Of a stretch of 64,000 nt of DNA, positions 44,106 to 58,310 are shown one piece after another. Origin of the DNA: the human T2T-CHM13v2.0 reference genome, Homo sapiens. Location of the stretch: the NCBI RefSeq assembly GCF_009914755.1, contig NC_060927.1. One strand, given 5' to 3'. Both the position numbers and the translations under genes were made by a program. Below the pieces are notes generated by a model. That model saw nothing but the letters and a program-made list of their open reading frames with translations. It was not told where the DNA came from and searched no databases. Each line of letters begins with the position of its first letter. The first letter of the stretch is position 1.

Positions 44106-47100
44106 GGTGACATTAACTGAAAAATATTTTGTGTGTGTCTTTTGTGTTCATATAAGGAGAAGTACTAAAATTGAATTGGAGAACATGCCTTTTGTACCAA
44201 AGCTGAAATTTAAAAAGATTTTTCTGGAAAAATTTTAAAACCCGTTAATGAATTCCTTAAATTTAGAATTTGTGTAACTTCAGCACAAAAGAGTGTCTTG
44301 CACAGAGGAGAAACTAAATAGGTATTTCTTAAATAAATGGATGTAGCTGCTTACTTTTTCTTAACAAATTGTATTAGTATAAATTAATGTCATTGTTCAC
44401 AGGCAGTGTTTAGAATATAGGCAAGCACCATGCTTTCAAACACTGAAATTCACCTATTTGCGTATAAGCCATATATATACCAATTATCATTCTTATCTAT
44501 TAAATAAAACAAATCTCCTTAATTCTCTGGTGTGCGACAGTTTTCTGTCGAGAGAAAATATTTTTCTAGAGAATTTTGCATTTTTATGTTTTCAAAATGT
44601 TTATCTGAATTAGTAATATGACTATATACATACTTTATATTAAAATTTTATCATAATGAGCTAATCTGAAATAGTAAATAGATATTCCCTTACACAGTAT
44701 GTCTTTGCACCTGCTAATTTGTTTGTTTGTTAACTGTTGTCATTTCATGTGAAATTTCTGTTTCGGTCTCTTCTGAGCTCTAAGTAACACCTGGTATTTG
44801 CTTTATGTTCGGTCACATTAAGTGAAAAACAAAGCTGCTTATGAGAATGTCATTAAATGTAATATTTCTCAAGAAATAACTTGCCTTTAGTTAATAAAAA
44901 ACAGTTCTAAACTGATTTTCAATGTATCAGACAGTGTTCTTACTGATTTCCATCCCCCCAACCATGCAGGAGTGAGAATCAGATAATTTTTTGAAAAAAT
45001 ATTTGAACCAATATCTACAATTGCTTATGTCAGAAATCTTTGAAATATATATTTAAGTATAAATAGGAGGAACTGTCAGTGATGTTTAATGGTACAGATT
45101 CTTTTCCTTATAATGAATGTTTCATAACATCGGTTCAGTTAAACAAAACTGAGTGTGTAAAATAAACATGATTGAATTCTATACGAGCTGATTAAACAAA
45201 AAATTTTAGTATCCTCCTGGCTGATCAGAAATGAAGGTTAAGGCATGGGGTATGTTTTGAAGACAAATTCACCTTCTGTAACACCTGTCAGATTTCAAAG
45301 TCTAGAAAAGAGGCCACAGCTGGGAAACCAAATTTAGACATTGGGGCTTATCTCAGATGAAAGGTTTCGTAGAGCATGGAGGTCTGTTGACTTTGTGTGG
45401 TATTTCGTCAGAAGTGTCCAATGCAGATTCGTTTTTAGTTAACTGAGTATAACATTTCATTGTAATGCTATTTAACCTTATGCCTTTATTTCTAGAACCC
45501 TAGAATTCTAGCACAGTGCCACCACAAAGTGGGTACACAGTAAATATCTGGTTAACACAATGGTTGATTACCTTTTTTCAAGTTCTTTTGTTTGATGTTA
45601 TTTTATAAGGTACCTTTCAGCTAGGTCCTTCTTTTGGAATATTGTTATTATTAAAGGGAGAAGCCTTCAACCTGCTTTATACTTATTTTACAGTAGTTAC
45701 TTAAAATTAATAGAATCTTGAAACCCTTTGTACCAAAGATATTACTCTAGCAGTCTCTTCATCAATAACTTGCTGCCCTTTGGAAATAATTTTGCTTTTG
45801 TGTTTAATCATGGCACATTTCATTAAAATCACCATGGAAGACATAACTTTAGCAATTTATAATTTGGTTTCTGCTAGTTTTTTCCCCCCTCTAATTTTAA
45901 ACCATCTAGGCTAAATGGTAGTATAATGGATTTGCTTCATCTTCCTTAAGCTACTTTAAAATGTGCTCTAAAAATTATTAAGTCTGCATTTTGGTAAGGA
46001 AGCACCAAAAACTCAATTGTAGCCTTTGTGGAGGGGAACCAAGCACTCCTTAGGAGGGAGATGTACTCTCATGGGTTGTCTTTGAAAGTTACCTTTTGAT
46101 ACCTTTTCTGTTTTGTACCATGTGCTTGTTTTATCTAGTCTTTAAAACTCACTAACCTATATATAAATTTTAGCCAGCTCTTCTACTTGGGTTTTGTTGT
46201 CAGATTCTTAGATGTTACAATTAGCTCGCTAAGAGCATGGACTTTTCATTATCACTTTCTGAGTCTCTTTGGGAAAATTATTTCTTTAGCCTTAGTTACT
46301 ATATTTGTAAATGGACAATACCAGCTACTTCATAGGATGTTTTGATGCTAGGTAAGAATTAGTGTGCAGGTGCCCCAAACAGTGCCTTTGCCCCAGCAGG
46401 CTGAAATAGCAGCTTCAAAGCTCTTCCTCCACATCTTTCCAGAAAGCAATCAGTTGTTTGGTGCTTGCAACACATTTTTTTTTTCTTCTATTCAAGGGTG
46501 TTATGCATGTCTCTTAGGTGCCCAAATTGATGCACAAATGTGAATTTGATTCGTAATAGATCTCTACAAATAGAACAATAAAATACATTTTGGATCTTAT
46601 TAAAGGGCTATCTGGAAGTCATGTACTTAAGCAGCCATATCATTCATATTATACATAAAGAAACTAAGACACAGAGAGCTTACATAGGAAAACCTTGAAC
46701 CACAGTCCTGAAAAGCAGTGGGACCTGTCAAAGTGCTGTGGGGTGCCAGGCAGGTGTAGTGCCCAAGGTCTGGGCAAGGGCTGGGTAAAGCGTGAGCTTC
46801 TGGCGCTGGGGAGGAGGAGCATGTGTTCTGACTTCCTGTCTCTTTCCACCTCCCCGTGCAGATTAGAATTAGACTTCCTCAAGGGGCTTTAGAAGTGATG
46901 TTTTTCACTATCTGACTACAGTTCTGTAGACTTTTCTCTCACTGTCTTACAGAAACACATAACATTTCAAATTTCACTGAAAATCTATATTTTCAGTTAT
47001 TCCCATGTTTGGATGCTGTGACCAGGTTAGCTTGGGTATGTGTGAGAATAAGGGCTCATAGCTTTGGCATGTTTCCTTGTAGATACTTGACTGTCATCCT

Positions 47101-49689
47101 TGGGATGTCAGGGTGTGAGATGTATTGTGATATGAGTGTACCTGGAATCTAAGTGTTCTAATAAAAATGGTTAATTACGTCTGCAAGCTTATGTAAATAC
47201 CACTTAAAAACAACGAACAAAGCAAACGAACCTTTGGTTGGTAAACTTTTTTTGTAGATAAGCCCCCTTTCCCTTTTAGTTAATATTTGCAAAACTGAGC
47301 TGGTATTATGTGAGGATGTGGATCTGAGGTCAAGAGATTGTGTATATATAGTGATGTAATTTTTTTCCATTTAGTTTTTATGTTTCTGTAAAATTTGGGG
47401 TATGTCGGGCTGCTATGGAAGCAACCTCTTTATATTAATAGGGGTTTACGGAAGCAGCCTCAAATTACATGTAATTTTTACTCATAATCCTTATATATAT
47501 GGATTTTTCTCCCCGAGAAAATAGTGCTTTCCTGTACATTAGATTTGAGTTCAGACATGACTCTGCTTTGCCAAATTTAAAATTATGCCAAGCCAAAAAT
47601 GTTTAAAAAGCATCTATGGATTCTTGAAGGCAGGGCCTATACAATAGGGACATCCATCCCCTTTTTGCACTTAAGGGCACAGTGGATGGTTCCTTTGGGC
47701 TTGTTGCTTGAACCTAGTATTTATTTTAATCTGAAGTGGTGGTGTTTTTAATCTAAAAAACTCAGTTTCACAGGATTTCTCTGTGGATTTAAATGCTCCC
47801 AACTAAATCTTTTATGCTTATAATTGGATGTAAAACGCAAGAACGTTTTTAAGGTTAAGAACTTTTTCAGACAACTGTGATTTTACTTCACTAATGAACA
47901 CATATCAGACAAGAAGGCAAATTCCAGACTGTTTGTGCCTCAACCAAGCAGCTGGGCACATACCTCCAGGTACTGCTCATGTCTCAAGAGGTTTTTCTGC
48001 ATGAACAATTATCACCACTCCTTCTTTCCTTCAAGTGGCAAGCCATGGCAAGAGTCTTTCTTGCACAGCTGTATAGAACTCAGCTGTAAAATTAGATTTT
48101 ATTGGCATAAAAACACAGTGATTATCAGCACTGTGTGCTCAATACATTCTTTTCTCAACATTTTACTTAGATTCTTCCTTTTATGCAGAAGGCTCAAGCT
48201 GTACTTAAATGAAGGAAACAGGTTTTTAGAAGTTTTTTTATGTGTCTTTTTTTAAGCTTTAGTTTAATCAATATTAGGTATGCAGGGTAAGCAATTGGTA
48301 TTGAAGGGAGAAAACATACTCCCTTAAGATCAGAAAGGAACCTTAAGGGCTAATCTATAATATTGTCATTTTATAAGAGGAAATTAATTACTGAAGTTCA
48401 GAGCTAATTATTTTATTGACAAATCCCAGATTAGAACTCATGTTTTCCAATACTCAGTGCTGGAGCCTGTCCACTATAGTTTTTTTTTTTTTTTCCAAAG
48501 TTTTTTTTAGCATAGGGGATGTGAAAAATTCTAATAACAGTTCTTAGTCCCTCTCCATATCCTTTTTTTGTGCTACTTAATTTGATTTTTTAAAAAGCAA
48601 AGGGGAATGTTTGCCTGAAGTGTACAGGAGCGATTAGCTCAAGGAAAAGCACTAAAACAACCTCTAGGTTTCTCCTGTCCAATGGCAGTGTCCCACATCA
48701 GGTTCATAATGGCGACATGCTAATTCCACATGGGCAGAGCCAATGCCAAGGCATTGGTGTAGTGTTACTGGGAAGAGAAAGAAAAGCCATATTCTCACAG
48801 TAGCAGGGAAGTGGTCAAAACAGTCAGGTGTGTGTTGATGGATGAGCAGATTTTCCCAGAATTTCAGAGGTAAAGAAGATCACATTGTGTTTCTATTTTG
48901 TTTTAATGAAATTTTTTTCCTTTTGTTGATGCTGTTGGTGTTTCCATGGTTATTATCAAAAGCAGTTTCTGGTTTTGCTGAAAGGCTAGAAATGACAACT
49001 ATTTTCAGAGTTTCTAGGTCTTGAAACATCAGTCAACCTTTCAAAGCCAGCATTGATCAAGAAGGAAAGAGGTTTTTCTAATGAGGAAAATAAAATAGTA
49101 AATGATACTTTGACATTCCATTAGTTGTAGGAATGTGTGCCCCAACTGACTACCTTGCTTTGCTCTCTCTCTTTCCCTCTCTTTTCTAAGTTTTGCTAAT
49201 AATAAAACTTAGGAAGTACACATTTAGGAAACTGTCTGTCCTTGTGACTGATGGCATTTATACATAAAGGCCACCCGGGGTGTATGGGGGGAGGTTCATG
49301 AATGCAGTTTTTCTTTTCTTTTTTCTGTGTATATGATTCCGTATCAAATTTTAACTTCTAGATGTTTATTTTTTTAACTGCAGTCAAGGCACAAACCAGT
49401 GTAAATCAGCTGCACAAATGTTTGTCATAATAAATTTTTATTAGGTTTTATATTGGAAGCCATTTAGAAACTAGTCTTATAATCACTCATAAAACATTAG
49501 CTATCTTATTGTTTTACAAGAGTATGTAGAGTATAGTAATTTCTTAGTAACATCCCAAATCCGTCTTTCTCCAAACACAATACAGCAAAGCTGTGTTTTC
49601 TGTGATTCAGTAAGTCAGATTGCATTTTGAGTATTCATGTAGTTTTCCCCACCCCCCTGAATCAGGAATTTTCTTCCCCCATTATTATT

Positions 49690-49811
49690 GTTTTCTTAAA
49701 AAAAAAAAAAAAAAAAGATGGGGTTTCGCCATGTTGCCCACACGGGCCTCGAACTTCGGAGCTCAAGCAGTCTGTCTGCCTTGGCCTCCCAAAGTGCTGG
49801 GATTACAGGCA
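49690..49811 (-). mobile_element. Alu left-monomer fragment (FLAM-like)
   Basis: gatggggtttcgccatgttgccc...cccaaagtgctgggattacaggca; flanks ttattattgtt/ttattactgtt. Confidence 0.85.
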
Positions 49812-50253
49812 TTTTATTACTGTTATACAAATGGCCAGGATGTTTCTCTGCTGTATTTTCTGAAACTTGACCCACTATAGATTCTCACTATTAGAGGTCA
49901 GTGGGTATTTTTAGTAGAGAAGGAAATTTTCATGAAGTACGAATTGAGCTGATTTTACTAATGTGTCTGTGACAATATATTTTTCAGGCTACAGAACAAG
50001 CATGTAGCAAGCAAAATGTTTACATGTTGTTATGTTTAAAGTGTGTGAAGGTGATTGGTTAATCTGTGTTGGAAAAGACTAGCTTTATGGAGTACTTGGA
50101 ATCACAGTTAACTATAGTGGTATGAATTCTGATATTATTTTCAAGTTGCTTTATGGGTGCTTGTATTTGATGGGTTTTGAATTGGAGTATGGAAGTGAAA
50201 AGTTAAAACTGAACACATACATTCTACTTACTTGTTATGTTACTCCATCAACC

Positions 50254-50381
50254 TTTTTTTTAAAGAGACAGGGTCTTGCTATGTTGCCCAGGCTGGACTC
50301 AAACTCCCTGGGCTGAAGCCATCATCTTGCCTCAGCCTTCTGAGTAGCTGGGACTACAGGTGTGCACCACCATGCCCAGTT
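50254..50381 (-). mobile_element. FLAM-type Alu monomer
   Basis: gagacagggtcttgctatgttgcccaggctgg...gggactacaggtgtgcaccaccatgcccag; degenerate TSD tccatcaacctttt/tccactgacctttt. Confidence 0.85.
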
Positions 50382-52006
50382 TTCCACTGACCTTTTTAAA
50401 CACTGCTCCAGGATAGTCAAAGTTAGTGGGAGGTCTCATTAGGGTGCTGGTGAAGTGGGCCTGGGAGCCTCAGCCTGGCTTGTAATTAAACTCAGGGAAT
50501 CAATTCCTCTCATCCAGGCTGGCCCGGTGGGTTTGGTTCTGATGGGTATACTTTGTTCCTTTTGGTACTGTTATGTTTCTTTTTCTCTTGTCATTTGAAA
50601 TTAATTTGCGTACTGTACTGCTAACTCACATCTTGAATTAATGTAAGGAAATTTGGGTCATTGGCCCTCAGAGTGAGGACCAGGACATTTTGTTGTTAAT
50701 TTGAAGGCCAGTTTCACAGACTTAAAAACTCTCCCAGCAGTGATTAGGGCTTTGGCTTTAAGTTAGACATTCTTCCTAGTATATAATTGCTTTGGCCCTT
50801 TGCAGGTGGGGGCTGCAGTTCTCTTCTGCGAATCGTTGTTTTTCATGAATTTGGCCTGTGTCTTTCTTAGTATAGGCTGGGACCAAAGTACCATGGAAAA
50901 TCTTTTTAGACTTGGAGAAGAGGAAGCAAAATAAGAAGAAAAAGGAATAAGCTAGTTGCCTAGAGAAATGCAAAAACTGAAGATCTTTTGTAATATTCTT
51001 TTAAAGTTTTCTTTAAAAGCTTTGGGGACATATTTGGGTGGAATTAATGTCTTACTAACAGTGAGGATCTGTTCATTCTGTTTCCAGAGTGTCCTGCCCC
51101 AAACCCTGCGTTTGAGCTCAGGGATTGTTGGAAATGCGGGGTCTTGCTAGAAGGTAACCAGTGGCTTGCTTTCTTAGGGGAAAGGGAAGTTAATCACAAG
51201 TGCCCACGTGGCAGCCTTTCCCTGTCAATCAAAAGAATAGAACTAGCTGGGTGTGAAGCACTTGCGGTTTTAGTGTTATGTGTGGTTAGGGGGAGAGGTT
51301 GCGAGGGCCTGTGGTTGTTACCAAATTCTTTGAAATGGAAGTATGGGTACAAACAAAATAAAGAATAGGAGAGAAACCCTGGTGCTCTGTGTGGGGGAAA
51401 GAAAAGTTCATAGAATTCGACAAATAAATGCGTTGTAGTAGAGATGATCTACTTTCTGTTTTTTTTTCTTATTAGTTTTGCAGTGCATTTCTTCATTTGT
51501 AAAGGGTAGTTGATTTCAAGAATGGATTCATGATCACATCTCCGTGGTGTGTTGGGGGACAGTGTGGATGTGGTACAGCCTTGACCAAAATGCCTGAGTC
51601 CTGTGATAGATTTGGCCAGCTCAGATACACATCTGTCTAGGAAAGAAGGAACCCAGACCAAGAAGATGAGTGTTAGTCAGGGTGGTTTCTACTGAGACTT
51701 TTTGACTAAGATGAAAATGAGTTACAGTGCGGTTATCCAGAGATCACACATCTGGCCTGCTCAGCTACCTTCACAGCTGATGATCAGCTGGTGGTGAAAA
51801 GGAAGACTGCACAAAGCGCACGAGGAACTTCTGAAACTGTACTCAGGGACTCCTCTCTGTGTGTGTATGTAACTGACAATCTGGCCGCTCAGCCCAAAGA
51901 AAATTTAAGACAGCAAATTTAGGAAAAGGCCCTGAGACTGGAGGGAGTGTGGTTAATGAAGAAAAGAGAAAGAAAAAAAAACATTAAAATTAAGCATAAG
52001 AACTTA

Positions 52007-52334
<328 letters not shown>

Positions 52335-53125
52335 TCACCTTATGACTGAATACAGTATTCTTATAAACTGTCCGGAAATCCCTAAGAAAAAAGCTGTGGC
52401 CAGCCTGCTCTTTAATGAAGAACATGTGTAATTTCCATTCGCAATCATTACAAACAAATAGAGTAAGCTTTAGTTCTTAAAGTTAACTGTATGGATGAAA
52501 GCCTTCCACATCCATTGCTTCCTCTTTTAATTCCATTGAAAAGCCTTGTCGGCTTTCATCAGGTAGGTATTCCTGAGGTCTCCTCACAGCTGAGTTGAGC
52601 CACCCTGTTGAGAGTTAAGTCCACGTGTAGTTTTGTCTCAGTTACTGGTTAAAACAGAGGAGGTTCACTTTTGGGTTGCTGTGACTATAGAGTGATGACT
52701 GCTCATGACAAGCCTTCCCAGGCCTCCTGGCCTGACTTAACCTGCTTTAACTGTTGATGGTTTTGCAATGTGGTTTCCCCACTTCACAACCTGAATCTGT
52801 GACTTTCTACTGGGAACACTCACTACGTTTCCCTTTTCATGCCTGGGGAATAACCAAAAAGATACTACTGTGAACGCTAAGTTTTATGTTTTCATGCTTT
52901 TATGCTTTTCCTCCTTGCCTTTTCTCTAGTCTGTTTTCTATGGAGCATAGACTAAGTCATTTCTATTTTATGATCATTTTAAGGGACAGCTTGGCAGGCA
53001 GTTGGCTTTTAAGTAGTTGGGCAGTTCCTTGCCTCGAAATAATTCATTTCTTTGTATGTCTCTTGCATTCTAGGCAAATAAAAGTACTCTCTGTGTGTGC
53101 ATGGAGCACAGAAATGGGGATTTAA

Positions 53126-53544
<419 letters not shown>

Positions 53545-54923
53545 GAAGGCCTTGGATTCTAGCAAGCTGGTGGCTGAGGGAAAAGATCAGCAATACTGGT
53601 TATGGCTAAGTGAGACTGCTGGGCTCACAGTGGCCTTTATTCACTTTTATTATTTCTTCTGTTTTCTCCATGATCAACGGTGTGACTGTTGGGTGGTTGA
53701 ATTGAAACTTAGGAGTGTATGATGTTCATATGTTCCCACTTGATCTTTCTCAGGAGTGTTTGTACATACAGCCTCCCTGTCTCCCCTTCCTCCATCCCTT
53801 CCCAGTCATTTCTAGTAACCACTGAACACTGTATGAGGTGGAAAGTCCATCATGTAGTAGAGAAAAAGATTCAGGCATCTCACCTAAAGTTGTCTATGAA
53901 GTTTTCAAAAGCAAATATAATGATCTCCTTGTGCCAGTGGACTTCTTTGGTTTATTTGGGGGGTAAAATGCCTTATGAAAAGAGATGGTTTTGCACATCT
54001 GTGTCAGTCCCCATACTCTTCTATCCTACTTCTGTAAGGCCTTTGTGGGCCTGGGTCTGGGGGATCCATCTACCTTATCCCACACTTGCAGAACCTGGAG
54101 TTAATGCCCTGCTTAGGACTTGACACCTGTGCTTAAGGGTGCTATTTAGCGGGGTTGGATTGCTATGTCTCATTGACAGCGGTCCTGTTAGTTAACACAA
54201 TGCCTACCAGAAGGTTAGAGTTGTTAGTGTTAGATGTGTTGTTGGTGTTCAGACATTCTTCGGTACTAGAGACAGGAGACCAGGAATGCCTAAATATTGT
54301 ACCAGATCACAACTGTCTTCTCTTACTCAGTTCAACCTCCCCATTCCCTCACAGGACTCACACAAGAAACAATGAGAAATAGGAACAAAGTAGCACCATT
54401 ATTTGGATTTGAGCTGCAAATCCAAGTGTTCAAAACTTTGGTTAGATGGGTTGGACCACATGGAGTATAGACAGCTTCAGCCCAAAGCAGGTCCTAAGGA
54501 CCCTCATCTCCCTCCCATTTGAACTCTCTAAACCTGTATCATTATTTACTGTACGCTGGCCTAATAGAAGGACCTATGGAGGCTGAAGGGACCTAGAGTG
54601 AGGCCCTGAAATGGGTTTACTCCTCTTGCCTTGTTGGATAAGAGAGAAGAGGTTCTATCCTTAGGCTCACCTGTAAGATGTCAGAGCTATGCCAAGCAGG
54701 AGAGGGCTTTGGCACTCGCTAATGTAGCAGAGGGGATGCAGAGAAGACAACAGAGCCACAGTCTGCACCACAGCCTCAATAGCAAGTGCCCAAGGAGGAG
54801 GGAAGAAAAGGTGAAATTGCTTCTCCACCCTTAGATCCTTATACTCAGACCCCCTAATGTAAATAACCACCCTGTTAATCCAACCTGCGATTTTGAAGAA
54901 ACATTAAATAAGACATCATACTT

Positions 54924-55214
<291 letters not shown>

Positions 55215-56531
55215 TCATCAATTTGAGAAAATAGCCATTTTTCTCTTATGCATTATTAGTAAGATAAAGTATATTAGGAATGAAATTGAAATAGACATTA
55301 GATTTCTTCTCCATCATTTGACCTGTTCATAGTTCAAACAATTAAGTCATGATAGTGTCAACAGGGATTATCTTAATTTTAATTGTAAAAGAATCTGTTT
55401 TCTTTCATGAGGATAAACTATCAGGCTTTGGGCTTGGTACTTTTATTTGCTTAGGAACTGAGTAATTGCCTCATAAAACAGCATGATGGTACTATTAACA
55501 CCGAATTATAAGACCTGTTATTATAGAATTTGCTTTTCTAGTTGGGATAAGACTTCATTTTTTGGTGCTTAAAATAATTAGTTTCTCCAAATGGGTGTAT
55601 AATAAACAGGTAAAATTTTGCCTATTTAAAGTAAAAAAGTTTATAATCTCTTGGGTGGCTTTTATATATCTTTTGATACTTCCAAGGGAGGACTTTTTTT
55701 GGGTGGGATGGAGGGAGGAGAGGTATGCTTGACGTTTAGAGTGGAGGTGTTTAAGAATGAGAATAAGTATTTTATTTCTGTCATATCTACCTGAGACATA
55801 TTTGAGGCAGTTATTAACAATTTTGCCCCATTATTTTGTCTGATTTGAATATTAAGTATTAAAGGGTTCATTGACCAAATGTCCTTGAATTTGAAATTTT
55901 GGGGACTCTATTATGAGTGATAAATTTAACTGCGAGCTATATGGCAATTTGTTCCTGAGATCATTTAAAATTGTGTGAGAGCGTGTGTGTGTATTTATAT
56001 TTGTTCGTTTATACTTCTTTGTCCATCTTTGCCATATATTTTGGGCATAATTGAAGAATAAACACTTCTTAAGGAACAAGTTATAATTGTAAATAGGAAT
56101 TAACTGTTATTTTCCTTCTATTGTATTGCAAAGCTAAATGATGGTGGCAGATACCACTATGGGATGAAAGTAGGCTTTGTGTTATTTTGAAAATGTGTAT
56201 GAATTTCATTACAATAAATGGAATAAACGGAATAGAAACAACGGAATCTACCTTTAAGCCTGACTGAAGAAGTTGCCCTGGATATATCTGAGATACAGGA
56301 AAGTTATGTTCACATGGCCACTTAGAGATTCTGGTCTTTTGTCTCCTAGTTCAGGCTATTTCCGTGCCTTTGTTCTACCCCTCTTTGGGGCCTGACATAA
56401 TAATACAGGGCTCTCAAATTAGAATAACTTGGGTTTCACGATGGAGCACTTAGATTGTTATGTGACTTGTTGTGTTACAGGTGATTTTTGTGGTTCTGAG
56501 TCCTTTTTAAAAAGCGGCGGTTCTCTTGCAG

Positions 56532-56670
56532 GAAGCCAGTTGAGGGAAGTTCTCCATGAATGTACGTCACAATGATGATGACCGACCAAATCCCTCTGGA
56601 ACTGCCACCATTGCTGAACGGAGAGGTAGCCATGATGCCCCACTTGGTGAATGGAGATGCAGCTCAGCAG
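56532..56670 (+). other. FNDC3B: FNDC3B exon 2 (139 nt: 28 nt 5'UTR + 111 nt CDS)
   Basis: Acceptor ttctcttgcag|GAAGCC (AG at 56530-56531) and donor CAG|gttggt. Exon numbering is from recalled gene structure. Confidence 0.88.
56560..56670 (+). CDS. FNDC3B: First coding segment (37 codons) of fibronectin type III domain-containing protein 3B
   Basis: ATG TAC GTC ACA ATG ATG ATG ACC GAC CAA ... GCT CAG CAG translates to MYVTMMMTDQIPLELPPLLNGEVAMMPHLVNGDAAQQ, which I recognise as the FNDC3B N-terminus. It ends in phase 0 at the donor CAG|GTTGGT (56671). Confidence 0.95.
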
Positions 56671-57589
56671 GTTGGTGTAGGAAGAGGGAAATTTAAGTCA
56701 AATTGTCTAAGTGGGAAACAGTAACACAGTATTTGATTTATTTTGGGATTCAAAGGTTTGTGATTTCAAACCTTAGCATTTCTAGAGGTAAGTGTTTTTG
56801 TTGTAGAAATACTGTATCGTTTTTTAAAATGTGATTTTAGAGAACAAAATCTTCCCTCATTCAGTTTGTATTCTTGAAGTATTGAAAAATGGATGACTTC
56901 TGAAGTGAGTCATTTTCAGACTGCATAAAAGTCTTCGAAATAAAATGACTGTTTATTCATGCTGTATTGTGCTTGACTAGTTTGCTTGGTTGGCCAGAGC
57001 TGCATGCTCAGAGGGTCAGGTTTTGGCTTCACACAGGAGTGATCTCGACAAGACACGTAGGGCAGTGTGAACCCACCCTTGCTCCTGGAATAGTCCTTCC
57101 AAATGTGTAGCTCATAAAATCACGGTACTTATTTTCTCTGAATCTCCTTTGTCACTAGTCACTGAACATTGTGGAATAGAGTTATTTGTGAACTCAGTCA
57201 AGTAGCACTTGGGGGAAACAATTTAGACAGTAAGTGAAACTTTAACAAATTATTAGGGATTGAACTATTATCTCTAACATTAATTAAAAATTTTTATTGC
57301 AACAGTTGGGCTTGCACAGTTTTACAACTAGATATTTTATCTTTGTACATCCTTCAGAAGCATAAAAGCGAATTTTTATTTTGTGAAAAGTAGAATTGGG
57401 AGCAATTGCTTGGAAAATACCCAAAATATACTAATAATTCAAATAAGTTAATCATTTATTTGATGTCAGTACATGCCCCCTGCTCTAATCTATCATACAG
57501 TATATCCAACCTCTGTCTATCGTAGTATATTCTTTGCATATACTTGGTTGGAGCTGACCTTGCTGCTTAATAATTTATATTATTTTCTC

Positions 57590-58310
57590 CTGCATTGTAC
57601 TATCAACCTCTTAAGAACAAAAAATATATAATAGGTGCTCAGTAAATGTTTGTTAGTTGAATGCATTTCATGTCTTCTCACCACTGATGCAGATAACTCC
57701 CTTCCTGATTCCTCAGTCTCTTCCTCTGCTGGATTACTTCCACCAACATACAGTAGTATCTTTTATCTTAAAAACGTAAACACCTGCACCTCTCCCCACC
57801 CAATAAAACAAAACCTCCTCAGTTGATTCCACATCCCCTTCCAGTTGCTACCTTCTGTCCCTTTTTCCCTCTTTGGCAGTATTTCTCCACTTCCTCTCCT
57901 TCCTTACCGCCCACTTTACAGTCTTCACTCTGTGTTCTCATCTTCCTCTTCAGTCTTTAGCATGTTCTGTTGGCTTTATCTCAGGAGTGTGTGCTGAATC
58001 CATACTCTGCCGTATCCACTTCACTTCCACTACCACTGCTGGACCCCGTGCCGTCATCTCACTAGGGTAGGACAGGACAACCCTTCTCGCTGGTCTCTCT
58101 GCTTTCCCTTTTGCCCCACCAGAAAGCAGTCTCCACATAGATCCTGAGGGGTCTTTTCCAAATAAAAACTTTCTGATGTCATTGGCCTACCTCAGGCCAC
58201 GTTCTTACACCTGGAGTGAAATCCAGTCATGCTGCCTGGCTGCCAGCCTTCCGTGTTAGTGCTGGCCTCTCTCTCTGTCATTCTCTGCCTGCTCTTCTGC
58301 TCACTGTGCT
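57590..58310 (+). mobile_element. L2 fragments
   Basis: ataggtgctcagtaaatgtttgttagttgaatg terminus, followed by a pyrimidine-rich L2-like stretch. Confidence 0.55.

Noticed and set aside
49698-49716. Poly-A on the opposite strand to the adjacent antisense Alu, suggesting an inversion or retrocopy tail
   Set aside because: More simply an expanded A-run at the ttt-aaa-gag junction; the unexpanded form is seen at 50254-50268.
53719-54123. 134-aa ORF in unique sequence
   Set aside because: No recognisable homology, poly-A tail or TSD.
56458-56643. 61-aa minus-strand ORF over exon 2
   Set aside because: Antisense shadow of the FNDC3B coding exon, with no independent support.
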